From positions 1-64,000 of the IMG/VR virus record IMGVR_UViG_3300050139_000095: DNA of 64,000 bases. One strand, 5' to 3'. The notes below the pieces were generated by a model, which saw nothing but the letters and a program-made list of their open reading frames with translations, did not search any database and had not been told where the DNA came from. The first letter of the stretch is position 1. Every line of letters begins with the position of its first letter. The DNA comes from a virus. Both the position numbers and the translations under genes were made by a program. Of the stretch, positions 9,130 to 18,942 are shown piece by piece.

Positions 9130-9849
9130 ATGGAAGGCACGCGCCCTTCAGTTTCGGTTTGTGAATTACCAACTGGTTTCTTGATTGATGGTAAAGTTCT
9201 AAATGAACTCACCTTCAGGGAATTGGCTGGGCCAGAGGAAGAAATTCTTGCCTCTAAAAAAATGTTAGCCTCGCGGCGGTTTACAAAAGTCATGGGCAAT
9301 TGCATTCAAAAGATTGGCCCGTTAGAAGATCGCGTGGTGATCAGCAAAGCCATTGAGGACATGACCACTTCTGATCGAATATTTTTCCTGATCCGTCTTC
9401 GGATGATTTCGATTGGTGAACTTTATAATTTTTCTTATCCGTGCCCCGAATGTAAGCATGTCGATAAATTGGTGTACGACCTTAAGGGCGTTGAGTTCAA
9501 GAATCCGCCGAAGGCAGATGCCTTATTCAAAGAGATCACTTTGCCGTCAAAACAAAAAGTTCGGTTGCGCGTGGCAAATTCCGCCATTGAAGAGCGGATC
9601 GAAAAATCGGCCAATGAGCCTTCAGCCGTGACCATGGCTTTATTTGCTCGCATTGAGAGCCTGGATGATCGTCCACCGGCCATGTCAGACATCACCAACA
9701 TGACCTTGAAAGATCGCAACGCTATTCGTAAAGCAATCGATGATTTAGAAGGCGATGTTGACGATACTTTTGAGGCGGATTGCACGAAGTGCGGAGAGCA
9801 CTATTCGGCTTCAATCCCGATAGGAAGTGCCGATTTTTTCTTCCAATAG
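9130..9849 (+). CDS. Tail assembly chaperone (zero-frame product)
   Basis: TAGGAG SD before the ATG at 9130. Sits directly upstream of the tape measure gene. Has Zn-ribbon Cys pairs (CPECKH...CTKCG) and carries the frameshift site near its 3' end. Confidence 0.7.
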   Translation: MEGTRPSVSVCELPTGFLIDGKVLNELTFRELAGPEEEILASKKMLASRRFTKVMGNCIQKIGPLEDRVVISKAIEDMTTSDRIFFLIRLRMISIGELYNFSYPCPECKHVDKLVYDLKGVEFKNPPKADALFKEITLPSKQKVRLRVANSAIEERIEKSANEPSAVTMALFARIESLDDRPPAMSDITNMTLKDRNAIRKAIDDLEGDVDDTFEADCTKCGEHYSASIPIGSADFFFQ

Positions 9850-10049
9850 GTGATCTCGAAGTCCTGGAGGAAGAGATTGCCTGGATGATAGACACCATGA
9901 GGCTTTCCTATCGCGATGTGATTGAGATACCATACAGTCGTAGGAAGAGACTGATCGAGTGGAAGCAAGAACGGATTCGCCAGCACAACGCTGAAGTGGC
10001 CGCGCAGAACAGCAAAATGAAGGCGCAGTCGAAGCGAAGAGGAAGGTAG
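9780..10049 (+). CDS. Frameshift-extension ORF of the chaperone (expressed as fusion 9130..9840 + 9840..10049)
   Basis: ORF lies in the -1 frame relative to 9130-9849 and overlaps it by 70 nt. It has no plausible SD of its own and ends 4 nt before the tape measure start. Confidence 0.7.
   Translation: MHEVRRALFGFNPDRKCRFFLPIGDLEVLEEEIAWMIDTMRLSYRDVIEIPYSRRKRLIEWKQERIRQHNAEVAAQNSKMKAQSKRRGR
9834..9840 (+). other. Programmed -1 ribosomal frameshift slippery heptamer T_TTT_TTC
   Basis: Zero-frame codons are GAT TTT TTC TTC CAA TAG. The -1 frame continues as FFLPIGDLEV..., which is ORF 9780-10049. This position (chaperone/tape measure) is canonical for tailed phages. Confidence 0.75.
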
Positions 10050-10053
10050 CGCG

Positions 10054-12018
10054 ATGGCATCAAAAAGGTTTCTCGGCTTAGGTTTTACCTTCGCCGCTCA
10101 GGACAAGGGCCTTGAGAAAAAGCTGAAAAGCATCAACTCCCTTTTTGGTGAGATCAGCCGTACCACGACGATGATTTCGAGAAAATCTGGAAAGCTTTTT
10201 GGCATGGCTTCAGAGATGCAAAAGGGCGCAGGATCTTTGGGCATTGGCGGTGGTGGTCGCGGTGGCGGCGGCGGTGGCCGCGTGATCAATCCGCGTCCAT
10301 CTCACGGGCAAGATCCCAATCAAAGAAAAGGTCCTGGCGTTTTTATGGGTGAGCGCGAGACGCATCCGCGCATGGTTAAGGCCAGTGCTGACAACGGAAA
10401 ACTTCTGAATGAAATGGCCGCGATGATCGCCAAGTCTTTGGAAGGCTATGGCCCTGCATTTGAAAAAGATGCGAAGCGAATCATCGACAAGGCCGTGAAG
10501 ACCGGACGAAGCGTGGGAGCCGTGGTCAGTGACTTGACCAACAATGCGGAGAAGATGGCCGAGAGCGCGACCATCATGGGGAACAATTTCAAACTGATCA
10601 AGATGGGCTTCGTCTACATCAAAGAGTGGGTGAAGGACATCGGCAACAGCGTGAACAATTTTATGAGTACGCTCGGTATTGATCTGCGCGAAATGATCCC
10701 GAAAGAATTGACCGCTGCCGGTGGAGTGCTGAAGTCTTTGGCGCGGCCACTTGCCGACTTTGGGAAATCTCTAATGAGTTCTCTCACGAAAAAAGGCGAT
10801 CAAAAAGTTCAAGATCGTTTGACTGGAAAAGTAGGGAAGATCACAAGCGCCATCGGGGACAGCAAATCATTGCCGACTCTGCAAAAGTTGTTGGCCATGG
10901 AACTTGATGTGATGGAGAAGGCCGAAGAGGAACAGGGCAAGAAAAGCATGTTCGATAAATTGAAAGGCTGGCTCGCTGGTATTCCTTTGATCGGGCCGAT
11001 CCTTGCCGGACTACTTGGGGGTATCGGTAGACTCGGAAGCGCCATCAAGTGGGCTGTAGACGGCGCAATCACTCTTGGAAAAAATCTTCCAGGCATAGCC
11101 GGTTGGCTTTTGAAATTCGTAAAAAATATCGGCGGATACCTGACTGAGTTTGGTGGGTATTTGAAAATGGCTTGGAACTCGGTGCTGGAGGGATTGGCCA
11201 CGGCTGTCGAATCTGTTTTTGAATTTGTCGGCGGAATTATCGAGTACATAAGTAGCATTGGTGTCGAAGACATCATGTTCGGAATTTACCGGGCAGGTAC
11301 TTTTGTGATCGACGCTCTTGGCGGGATGGTTGAGTTCATCGCCGAAGTGGCAATCCCGGTGATCGCATTGGCCGGTGCGCTGACAGGATTCGTGACTGAG
11401 ATTTGGAATTACAAGGACACTATCATCGAGACCGTGAGTGTGATCGGTAAACTTCTCGGCGCAGTTTTTGGCTACGCATCGGCGTGGGTACAGACTGCAT
11501 TTGCTCCTCTGATCAGCGTGGTATCTGGTTTCATCACTCCGATCTTTCAAATATTGGGTAAGGCGATCATGGCCGTATTCGATATTTTCAAAGGCTTCGG
11601 ATCGAACATCGGAAAAATCGTTGGGATGAGTTTTGAGATTTTCAATAACTACGCGAAGTCGGCAACGACGGATCTTAAGACCGCGACCAGTGAATTGAAA
11701 AATCCTTTGCCTCAGACAAGCCAGCCGACATTGGCGACGGTTGGAACAAATGCCCAGTCGGCAAATGATCGTATCGGTGCGCTCAAGGCGACCAATGATA
11801 TGGCAGACGCGCAACAGACGAATGTTCAGTTGGCCCAAAACCAATTGGATACCTCAAAGCAGACCAACGATTTGTTGCAGCAAATGATCGATGGAAAAGG
11901 CGGAAGCCCAAGCCCCATCCCGTTGAATGTACAAATCAAGACGGATTCAAAAGCTTTCAGCGCCAAGGTCCGTAACGATGAAGTTAATAGCGCGAGCGCC
12001 AGTGGATCGGGAATCTAA
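10054..12018 (+). CDS. Tail tape measure protein
   Basis: 654 aa following the chaperone pair. Helical/low-complexity sequence, a Gly run (GIGGGGRGGGGGGRV) and central hydrophobic Gly/Ala-rich segments. Confidence 0.85.
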   Translation: MASKRFLGLGFTFAAQDKGLEKKLKSINSLFGEISRTTTMISRKSGKLFGMASEMQKGAGSLGIGGGGRGGGGGGRVINPRPSHGQDPNQRKGPGVFMGERETHPRMVKASADNGKLLNEMAAMIAKSLEGYGPAFEKDAKRIIDKAVKTGRSVGAVVSDLTNNAEKMAESATIMGNNFKLIKMGFVYIKEWVKDIGNSVNNFMSTLGIDLREMIPKELTAAGGVLKSLARPLADFGKSLMSSLTKKGDQKVQDRLTGKVGKITSAIGDSKSLPTLQKLLAMELDVMEKAEEEQGKKSMFDKLKGWLAGIPLIGPILAGLLGGIGRLGSAIKWAVDGAITLGKNLPGIAGWLLKFVKNIGGYLTEFGGYLKMAWNSVLEGLATAVESVFEFVGGIIEYISSIGVEDIMFGIYRAGTFVIDALGGMVEFIAEVAIPVIALAGALTGFVTEIWNYKDTIIETVSVIGKLLGAVFGYASAWVQTAFAPLISVVSGFITPIFQILGKAIMAVFDIFKGFGSNIGKIVGMSFEIFNNYAKSATTDLKTATSELKNPLPQTSQPTLATVGTNAQSANDRIGALKATNDMADAQQTNVQLAQNQLDTSKQTNDLLQQMIDGKGGSPSPIPLNVQIKTDSKAFSAKVRNDEVNSASASGSGI

Positions 12019-13421
12019 TGGCCAAACAGAACATCAGTCCCAGTGTAGATTTACATGGCGTTGATGTTCGCCTTTGGATTGAGATCAATGGCGCTATGGT
12101 TCCATTCCGCACGCTGGCCGGTAACGCCACCGACTACGTTGAGAGTGTCACAGTAAAAATTGGACTGATGGAAACATTCCAGCTTGAAGTGAAAATTTGC
12201 CCACCATTGGTGGATGCTGTTCGCTTGATCAATACCGGGAAAATTGGTTTAGGATTTTCAATAGCCAATACTGATTCGACAACGAAATCGTCTGGCGGCG
12301 GAGATGGCGTCAGTGGCTCAGGATCAAAATTCTCACTAAACAAAATGGCTGTTCAAATTTTCTATGGCGGAAGACACACGCCGGTCTTCAAAGCCTTATT
12401 GCTGATGCCGAATGTTGAAGTTGGCGAAGAAGGTATCGACATCACTATGAAGGGCATTGGGATGCTCTTCGAGTCAACCAAGACTCCTGGCTTGCTGAGT
12501 GGGCAGATGACTCCTCTGGCGGCCATCAAAAAATGGCTTGGCGATGGCAATAGCGTTCACGTTGAATTTGATGATCGTTCTACCGCTGAACTGACAAAAG
12601 AAACTCACGCATACCCGGTGACTAAAACTGGATTTGAAGCCGCGAAGCACGTTCTCGAAGAGAACGGATGCCGCATGTACTATGCCGGGAGTAACACGAT
12701 AGACGGATTGCAAACGGTAAAGGTGGTTCATGACGAGGGCCGCAGACAAAAGAGCGCGATCAAGTTCGTGGCATTCAAGCAAATTGATCCTAATAAAAAT
12801 GTTTATCCGATCCTTTCGCTCAGTGCGCCCATAAATAATTTGGTACTGAGTGCCGCTATCCACGGAAGCAAAACGTCAGTGATCGACAAGTCCAGCAAGA
12901 GTGTCAGCCAGCAAGATGGCGGGGCATCGAGCTATCAGCAAAAGGTTACTCCAAAGATCACGACGCAAGATGGATCTGTTGGCGGTGGTGCTGATTCTGG
13001 AGATAGAAATTCATTTGGTGAACCATCTGGAGCGGCTGATGGTGAAGGCATCGGAACTATCATGGGAGCTATATCAAGACAGTTTAGTAGCGGCGTTGAT
13101 GCGATTCACGGAGTTGTCCATGACTGGATGAATAAGGTTTTCAATTACGAGATCACGAGTGTCATGATTGCGGATCTTTTGCCTGGCCGTATGGTAGGGA
13201 TCAATGTTGCCGACATCAAAGCTTTGACTGGTGATTACGATTTGAAAAGCGTCGAGCATTCCGTGAGTACCGCAGGTGCTGAAACTAAAATTGAAATTGT
13301 GGCAATGGGCGGCATGATCTCCGCAGTCGGAAAAGGAATGAACAAAGTTGTCGGCCAAGCTGTGACTGCCGTTCAACAAGGGACCAAGACCGACTCGAAA
13401 AAGAATGTGATAACCGAATGA
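12018..13421 (+). CDS. Baseplate hub protein (P2 gpD / gp27-like, tentative)
   Basis: TAATG overlap with the tape measure gene and ATGA overlap with the spike gene. Size and position fit gpD-type hub proteins; sequence similarity was judged only loosely. Confidence 0.55.
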   Translation: MAKQNISPSVDLHGVDVRLWIEINGAMVPFRTLAGNATDYVESVTVKIGLMETFQLEVKICPPLVDAVRLINTGKIGLGFSIANTDSTTKSSGGGDGVSGSGSKFSLNKMAVQIFYGGRHTPVFKALLLMPNVEVGEEGIDITMKGIGMLFESTKTPGLLSGQMTPLAAIKKWLGDGNSVHVEFDDRSTAELTKETHAYPVTKTGFEAAKHVLEENGCRMYYAGSNTIDGLQTVKVVHDEGRRQKSAIKFVAFKQIDPNKNVYPILSLSAPINNLVLSAAIHGSKTSVIDKSSKSVSQQDGGASSYQQKVTPKITTQDGSVGGGADSGDRNSFGEPSGAADGEGIGTIMGAISRQFSSGVDAIHGVVHDWMNKVFNYEITSVMIADLLPGRMVGINVADIKALTGDYDLKSVEHSVSTAGAETKIEIVAMGGMISAVGKGMNKVVGQAVTAVQQGTKTDSKKNVITE

Positions 13422-14164
13422 CGCTATTTTTAGATTTTCTCAACAACCTGAAGCACGTTGGTCTTGAGTGGTACAAGAGGTACTACTCAACGTACCCGGC
13501 AATCGTCGTTGACAACAATGATCCTGATCAGCGCGGAAGGATTTTATTTAAGTGCCCTAGCGTTTTCGGAAAAGATTATGTCTCGCCTGTATGGGCAGAT
13601 CCTTCGGACTTTAAGTTGGCTGGAGAAGGGCATGGCGAATTTTTCCCGCCGTACATTGGCCAGTGGGTTGAAATGTGTTTCGAGTACGGCGACACAAAGA
13701 ATCCAATTTATCATGGTGGATTTTTTGGGTTGAAGGAATTGCCAGCCGATTTCGCCGCTGACTATCCGAATGTGCGCGGCTGGGTATTTCAAAGCGGAAA
13801 CAAAATATTGATTGGTGAGACTGACGGCAAAGAGTTCATCAACATCATTCATAAGAGCGGGACGTTTTTGAAGTTCAATCCGGACGGATCTATATCTGGA
13901 TCATGTACAGATTTTACGATGAACGCGAGCGGTAAGGCCACGATTAAGACTGGTGGCGATACCGTGGTGAATGCTGGCGGCAAAGTGGATGTTACTGCCG
14001 GTGGAGATGCCAATGTTACTGCCGGTGGTAACATTGTGGCCAAGGGTTCACAAATTCAATTGAATGGATCTTCGGGACAGGTTTTAACTACAGTGACTGA
14101 TCCGGTTGTGGATCTCATCACAGGCGCTCCTACTATGGGAGTGCCAACTGTTCTCGCGGGTTAG
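13418..14164 (+). CDS. Baseplate spike (gpV / gp5 OB-fold plus beta-helix)
   Basis: YPAIVVDNNDPDQRGRILFKCPSVFG...PVWADP...PPYIGQWVEMCFEYGDTKNPIYHG, followed by GG(D/K)xxV(N/T)AGG beta-helix repeats. Confidence 0.85.
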   Translation: MTLFLDFLNNLKHVGLEWYKRYYSTYPAIVVDNNDPDQRGRILFKCPSVFGKDYVSPVWADPSDFKLAGEGHGEFFPPYIGQWVEMCFEYGDTKNPIYHGGFFGLKELPADFAADYPNVRGWVFQSGNKILIGETDGKEFINIIHKSGTFLKFNPDGSISGSCTDFTMNASGKATIKTGGDTVVNAGGKVDVTAGGDANVTAGGNIVAKGSQIQLNGSSGQVLTTVTDPVVDLITGAPTMGVPTVLAG

Positions 14165-14172
14165 GGGGAAAA

Positions 14173-14478
14173 ATGGTTGCCTGGTTATGCGATGTGTGTG
14201 GAAAGCCAACACATGTTACTCCTCATACTGAATTACTTTATGAGGATAAAGAAAAAACAATACCTAAAATTGCGCATCTCAAACAACAGGATGCACACGG
14301 CGACATGAAGCTTGTGCCGGTTCACGCGCAAAAGGATCTCAGTCCACGGACCAAGATTGTCCGACTCACCATGGGTGACGAGACCATTCAGCGGGATTTG
14401 TGTGATGGATGTCTGATTCATTTGCGCCCAGAGATGAATGCTCTGTGGAAAAAAATGGAAGACTTGAAACAGCCATGA
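14173..14478 (+). CDS. Small zinc-ribbon protein (baseplate module)
   Basis: GGGGGA SD. Has CDVCG...CDGC Cys pairs. 101 aa. Confidence 0.55.
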   Translation: MVAWLCDVCGKPTHVTPHTELLYEDKEKTIPKIAHLKQQDAHGDMKLVPVHAQKDLSPRTKIVRLTMGDETIQRDLCDGCLIHLRPEMNALWKKMEDLKQP

Positions 14479-15077
14479 GCCTCGTAGGTTCTCGGTGGTC
14501 ATCTAATCTGGCTGGGAAACTCGCGGCCAAAGGATTCATTGGCGCGAGGCTTCATTTATTTACCGATGCAGTTGGGAACGGATCTCAACAACATACGGTC
14601 GGTAAACCATTTGCCACTCAGGATGTCGGAACGATTCCTGGGATCGGCGCGGGAACCGGGACTGGAATAACGGTCGGCGGAGCCGCTGCCTCAAGCAACA
14701 TTTTCGCTTTGGCCAGTGCTGCCGGTTTTGTAGGCCGACGCCTTCAAGATATTTGTGATGCGTGTGGGCAAACCCTTCAAGATGAATATGGCCAAGCGAC
14801 TCTGACTTCCAACCATACTCCGGTTTTTTTGGGCGTGGGGACGATTGTCCAGGGAAGTATCGCGGTCATTGGACCTTTGTGGGGAACTCAGATTCAGAGC
14901 CTTGGAACCGGGGAAAATTTCATTGGGCAGAAGTGGCCTGACTTCGCACTCGCTCTGGGCGCTGGGCAAGCGCAGGAAGTGCTTGCGCACGGAACTGGCA
15001 CTGTAACCATCGTCGGCGGCCCAACATCACCGACACCAGTGCCAGGAGCCGGAGCCGGAGTTGGAGTAGTGAGCTAA
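14475..15077 (+). CDS. Gly/Ala-rich hypothetical baseplate-module protein
   Basis: ATG at 14475 forms an ATGA overlap with the upstream stop (the track start 14409 is inside the upstream gene). No family recognised. Confidence 0.55.
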   Translation: MSLVGSRWSSNLAGKLAAKGFIGARLHLFTDAVGNGSQQHTVGKPFATQDVGTIPGIGAGTGTGITVGGAAASSNIFALASAAGFVGRRLQDICDACGQTLQDEYGQATLTSNHTPVFLGVGTIVQGSIAVIGPLWGTQIQSLGTGENFIGQKWPDFALALGAGQAQEVLAHGTGTVTIVGGPTSPTPVPGAGAGVGVVS

Positions 15078-15136
15078 CCATTGATTGAGGTTTGGCTTAA
15101 TTCGTGTGAGAATTTTTGGGTACATAAGGAGCAAGG

Positions 15137-15517
15137 ATGGCTACGACAGTACGTCAAATCGCAGGGATCGCGTATCCCTTCCAAAAACTTGGTCAAGGCT
15201 TGCCTCTCGCTGCCACCGGCAGTCAGGAGTACGCCTCTGCCCTTCGTTGCCTTTTGAGCACTGATCAACGCTCGCGTGTGATGCGCCCGACACTGGGCAC
15301 CAGACTTCTTCGATTGATTTTTGAAAACACGGGACCGATTCTACAAGCTGCGCTGACACGGGAAATAGTGAACTCGGTTACGACCGAGATTCCGCAGATC
15401 ACAATTCAGCACATTGACATACAAGAATCAGATACGTTGGTTACTGTGAATGTTTACTTTGCCGTGCAGGGGATTCAGGATCAGACCGGAACACTTGAAT
15501 TTGGGAGAACGGCTTAA
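15137..15517 (+). CDS. Baseplate wedge protein gpW/gp25-like
   Basis: AAGGAG SD. LLSTDQRSRVMRPTLGTRLLRLIFEN matches the GPW/gp25 core motif (T..GER.M.P.FG..L...F). Confidence 0.85.
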   Translation: MATTVRQIAGIAYPFQKLGQGLPLAATGSQEYASALRCLLSTDQRSRVMRPTLGTRLLRLIFENTGPILQAALTREIVNSVTTEIPQITIQHIDIQESDTLVTVNVYFAVQGIQDQTGTLEFGRTA

Positions 15518-17472
15518 TGACGGCAACCAGTGACCTAAACAGAGTTCAGTTTATTGCAGAGGATTTTCAAACGTACCGCGACGAAGCGGATGCTTTCTTT
15601 GCCGCCAACTATCCCGATGCGTTTAACAATCTTTTGAATACTGATCTTGGTAACGCGCTGATGGATCAATTGGCTTTCGCCATGCAGTCTCTCGCGTTCA
15701 TGGTAAATCGCCGCGCATCCGAGTTATTTCTCTCCACGGCCCGTTTGAATAAATCAATCACGAAGCTTGCGCGGATGCTTGGATACCCTATAGCTCCTGC
15801 GGCTCCGGGCACGACCGACATGAGCATTTTCCTAACCGGCGCTCCTTATGCATTCCCAATCACATTTGCACGCGGGTTTGCTTTCCAAGGACCTGGCGAC
15901 ACCGTTTATGAATTTCGCAATGATACTCCGGTAATTTTTCCGGCAGGATCGGTCTCTGGGATTATTCCAGTGCGAGAAGGTCAGACCAAAACACTGACAT
16001 TCATTTCTTCAGGTCTTCAGAATCAGGAATTTCAAATTGCCGGAATCCCTGATGGCACCACGCTTTATTCAGATGGCTTGATCTTGACCGTTGATGGAGA
16101 GGAGTGGGCGCGTGTTCCGTTATTGACTTACACGGCTACAAATATTTTCGAGATCCTATTCACGGAAGATCCGCCTAAGCTGCGCTTCGGTGACGGCATC
16201 GCTGGGAATATTCCGCCCGAAGGTGCGCAGGTCGTTCTCAAGTATGTGGCAGGTAAAGGATTGCAAGGATCTGTTGGATCGAATCAATTCTCAGGGCCTC
16301 TGACTCAGATGGTTGTGAGTGGCCAAACAATTGCGATGACGCTTTCAAATCCTGTGGGAAATGTTGGCGCAGATCCTGAAGACATTCGCCATGTGAAATC
16401 TTTCGCTTCGTCATTTTTCAGAACTCAAAGTGCTGCGGTCATCAAGAGTGACTACGATACGATTGCCCAACTTCAGCCGGGAGTGGCAATTGCGGATGCG
16501 CAGATTATGCGCGGCGTGAGCGGTGACATCACTATCCAAGGATTCTTTGAAGACATTCTCCAAGGCGTCGATGACTTCGAGGCCGCGCAAGACCTGATGC
16601 TTTCAGCTTCCGTTTCCGGCAGTGAGTTATTGTCGGTCAGCGGAACTGATGGACTTATCATTGGCGGCCAGAATCTTTTGACGGTCACTGGAATAGGATT
16701 GTTGGGAGTTAGTGGAATAAACAAACTTGGTGTTAGTGGATCGACAGTGACTGGAACTTCATTCCTTGGAGTGTCAGGAACCAATACTCTAGGCGTGAAC
16801 AATGTGGCCGCACTATTCATCTCAGGAATACCCGGACTTGGCGTCATGGGAATTTCAAATCTTGGAATCACAAATTTCGGCGACATCCAATCATTGCTCA
16901 CAGCCGCGAGTGGATTGTTTAGCTCAAGCGTTAGTGGATTGATGGACTACTTGAGTCGAGTGTTCAGCGACACGTCGAAAGCAAACAATGTTCAGGTGGT
17001 AGTTTTGAGTGTTGATGCGAACAACAAATATATCGCTCCATCTCAAAGCACTCTTGATGGTGTCGAGGTCGCGCTGCAAACAATTGCCGACGCGGTGGTA
17101 ACTGTGACATCTGTTGATGGATCTGAAAAAATAGTTCCGACTGACATCATAATCGAAATTGGTATCAGTCCGACAGCGGTCGAGAACGATGTCGTTCAGC
17201 AAATTACAAACGCAATGATTCAAACTACGGCACCGCTTGGAATCATGGTGCGCAGAAAAGTTGGGTTGAATTTATTCTTGAGCGACATCAACGATGCCGT
17301 TCGCGCCAACACAAGTTCAAGTGATGTGATCTATATCAACGCGATCATCACTAATCCGACAGCCCTACTCGATGCAGATGGAAATTTGCTGATCAACAAA
17401 CAGCAAGTCATTCAGAACAACAACTTCAAAGTCCAGGTTGTGAAACGCTTCACCCGTGCAGAGGTATTCTAA
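15517..17472 (+). CDS. Baseplate J-like (gpJ/gp6) protein with internal repeat insertion
   Basis: TAATG overlap with the gpW-like gene; 651 aa. N-terminal FIAEDFQTYRDEADAFF...LGNALMDQLAF and a central region typical of Baseplate_J proteins. LGVSG-type octad repeats at about 16600-16890. Confidence 0.85.
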   Translation: MTATSDLNRVQFIAEDFQTYRDEADAFFAANYPDAFNNLLNTDLGNALMDQLAFAMQSLAFMVNRRASELFLSTARLNKSITKLARMLGYPIAPAAPGTTDMSIFLTGAPYAFPITFARGFAFQGPGDTVYEFRNDTPVIFPAGSVSGIIPVREGQTKTLTFISSGLQNQEFQIAGIPDGTTLYSDGLILTVDGEEWARVPLLTYTATNIFEILFTEDPPKLRFGDGIAGNIPPEGAQVVLKYVAGKGLQGSVGSNQFSGPLTQMVVSGQTIAMTLSNPVGNVGADPEDIRHVKSFASSFFRTQSAAVIKSDYDTIAQLQPGVAIADAQIMRGVSGDITIQGFFEDILQGVDDFEAAQDLMLSASVSGSELLSVSGTDGLIIGGQNLLTVTGIGLLGVSGINKLGVSGSTVTGTSFLGVSGTNTLGVNNVAALFISGIPGLGVMGISNLGITNFGDIQSLLTAASGLFSSSVSGLMDYLSRVFSDTSKANNVQVVVLSVDANNKYIAPSQSTLDGVEVALQTIADAVVTVTSVDGSEKIVPTDIIIEIGISPTAVENDVVQQITNAMIQTTAPLGIMVRRKVGLNLFLSDINDAVRANTSSSDVIYINAIITNPTALLDADGNLLINKQQVIQNNNFKVQVVKRFTRAEVF

Positions 17473-17912
17473 TGTCAACCACACCACTGACCAACATCCC
17501 AGTTCCCAGTGAGGATTTAGATCCTTATTTCGATAACTTCACGGCCATGGTGGATGATATGGACCTGAAGTTTTACGGAATCCTCCAATCAGTTGGAAAC
17601 ATTCTCGTGCCATCTCCTGGACTTTTCTGGGATGCGGCGAACGGGATCTTTAGTTGGACCGGCGATTTCATCATGCCGATCCTCTCCACGAATTTTCAAT
17701 TGAAGATCAGTTTTGGCCCTGACTTGGCGACAAGACAGTTCACCTTAAATGACGGTGATAAAGTCGTGATCGCGTCACCCGTGAGTGCTGGGGCCAACGT
17801 GACGGCGAATTTCTTGGTGGTTCCTGGGGCCTTGGCTTATCAGGCTGGCCTCTTCGTATTCGGTGCGCGGATTGGACAGAGGTTTTACTGCAATCTTCCG
17901 ACGACTTTTTAA
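17472..17912 (+). CDS. Hypothetical baseplate-module protein
   Basis: TAATG overlap with the gpJ-like gene; 146 aa. No family recognised. Confidence 0.55.
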   Translation: MSTTPLTNIPVPSEDLDPYFDNFTAMVDDMDLKFYGILQSVGNILVPSPGLFWDAANGIFSWTGDFIMPILSTNFQLKISFGPDLATRQFTLNDGDKVVIASPVSAGANVTANFLVVPGALAYQAGLFVFGARIGQRFYCNLPTTF

Positions 17913-17921
17913 GGGGTAAGT

Positions 17922-18845
17922 GTGGCAGGATTTGGTCGCTCAAAATTCGGTAAAGGTCCGTTCGGTAAATCCGACGTGGGTGGCGACCTAGTTGTAGACC
18001 TATTCCCTGAGAAGTACATCATTGATGCGGCTCCTGACGGCACCGATCCAATGGATGATCAAACCAATCCACTTCTGCAAGTTTTGAAAGTCTATGCAAA
18101 TTCAGTTTCAAAAAGGCGCGATCAAGTTGACTTGATGCCAACGCTGATCGATTACGAGAAAGCGCCTGATGCTATTCTCCTTTTGCTTGGCGATATGCTT
18201 GGTCTTGGGATCGATAAGAACGATCCTGAATTTTTAAAGAGATCATTTGTCGGTAACGCGAGCCAGTGGTTGCAGATCAAGGGAACTGTCAAAGGATATG
18301 AAGTTCGCGGCCTGGCCAGCGGGTTCGCTGTCGAAGTGGATAATTTTTGGCGCATCGCTGACGAATGGATTCCATTCATCCCGTTGTTTCACCAATTCCC
18401 TTTGAGGTCTGTGAATGCAGATCCAGGTGTGCCAAAAATAAACCATGTCGATGTGCCACCGGGAACTTATCCTGGCACTCCGACAGTCGAAGACGAGACG
18501 TATGCGAAGTCTTCATTCCTGCGACTTGTGTTCACAATCCCGCCGAATAGTCCACTTGTTGGAGCGATCACCGGCACGGGACCAATCGATCAAGGTTGCG
18601 TTGACTTCAATATTTTCCTGGACCTTGTGATAGATAAAATTAAAGATGTGACCGCGATTCATCATGAGGTTATTGCTCCGGAATTTTTGTCCGTGTTCAA
18701 CATCGACAACACCGTGGTAGCAAGAGCAAGTGTGTCCGAAGAACAATCAAATCCGTTGGTCATGGAAGCTTGCTACTTCGACATCAGCGGATTGCCTGAA
18801 GACGTTGAGCCTTTGGACGGATGTCTGAGGGCGTCAATGTCGTGA
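17922..18845 (+). CDS. Tail protein gpI-like (baseplate/fibre attachment)
   Basis: GTG start after AAGGGG. LLLLGDMLGLGIDKNDPEFLKRSFVGNASQWLQIKGTVKGYE resembles the gpI family core (W...KGT..G). Confidence 0.65.
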   Translation: MAGFGRSKFGKGPFGKSDVGGDLVVDLFPEKYIIDAAPDGTDPMDDQTNPLLQVLKVYANSVSKRRDQVDLMPTLIDYEKAPDAILLLLGDMLGLGIDKNDPEFLKRSFVGNASQWLQIKGTVKGYEVRGLASGFAVEVDNFWRIADEWIPFIPLFHQFPLRSVNADPGVPKINHVDVPPGTYPGTPTVEDETYAKSSFLRLVFTIPPNSPLVGAITGTGPIDQGCVDFNIFLDLVIDKIKDVTAIHHEVIAPEFLSVFNIDNTVVARASVSEEQSNPLVMEACYFDISGLPEDVEPLDGCLRASMS

Positions 18846-18942
18846 GTGAGTGGTTTTGTTTGATTATTGACGCTATTGAAATTTGCTCATTAAAATGAGT
18901 GAATATAATAAGCGTAAAATTGGCGGCAGGGGGATGTAAGTT

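Noticed and set aside
11011-11844. 277-aa minus-strand ORF inside the tape measure gene; also 6092-6586, 6678-7352, 4335-4946, 42653-43360, 49027-49707 and 58830-59516 on the minus strand
   Set aside because: All are fully embedded antisense to plus-strand genes that have strong family signatures, SD sites or translational coupling. None has its own plausible start context.
17583-17598. Degenerate palindrome-like sites CTCCAATCAGTTGGAA (17583-17598) and CTCCAATCGCTTGGAT (54533-54548)
   Set aside because: They have only 5+5 arms with a 4-nt centre. Both lie inside genes and both encode the same peptide, ILQS(V/L)G, so the similarity can be explained by coding constraints. They are not counted as family members.
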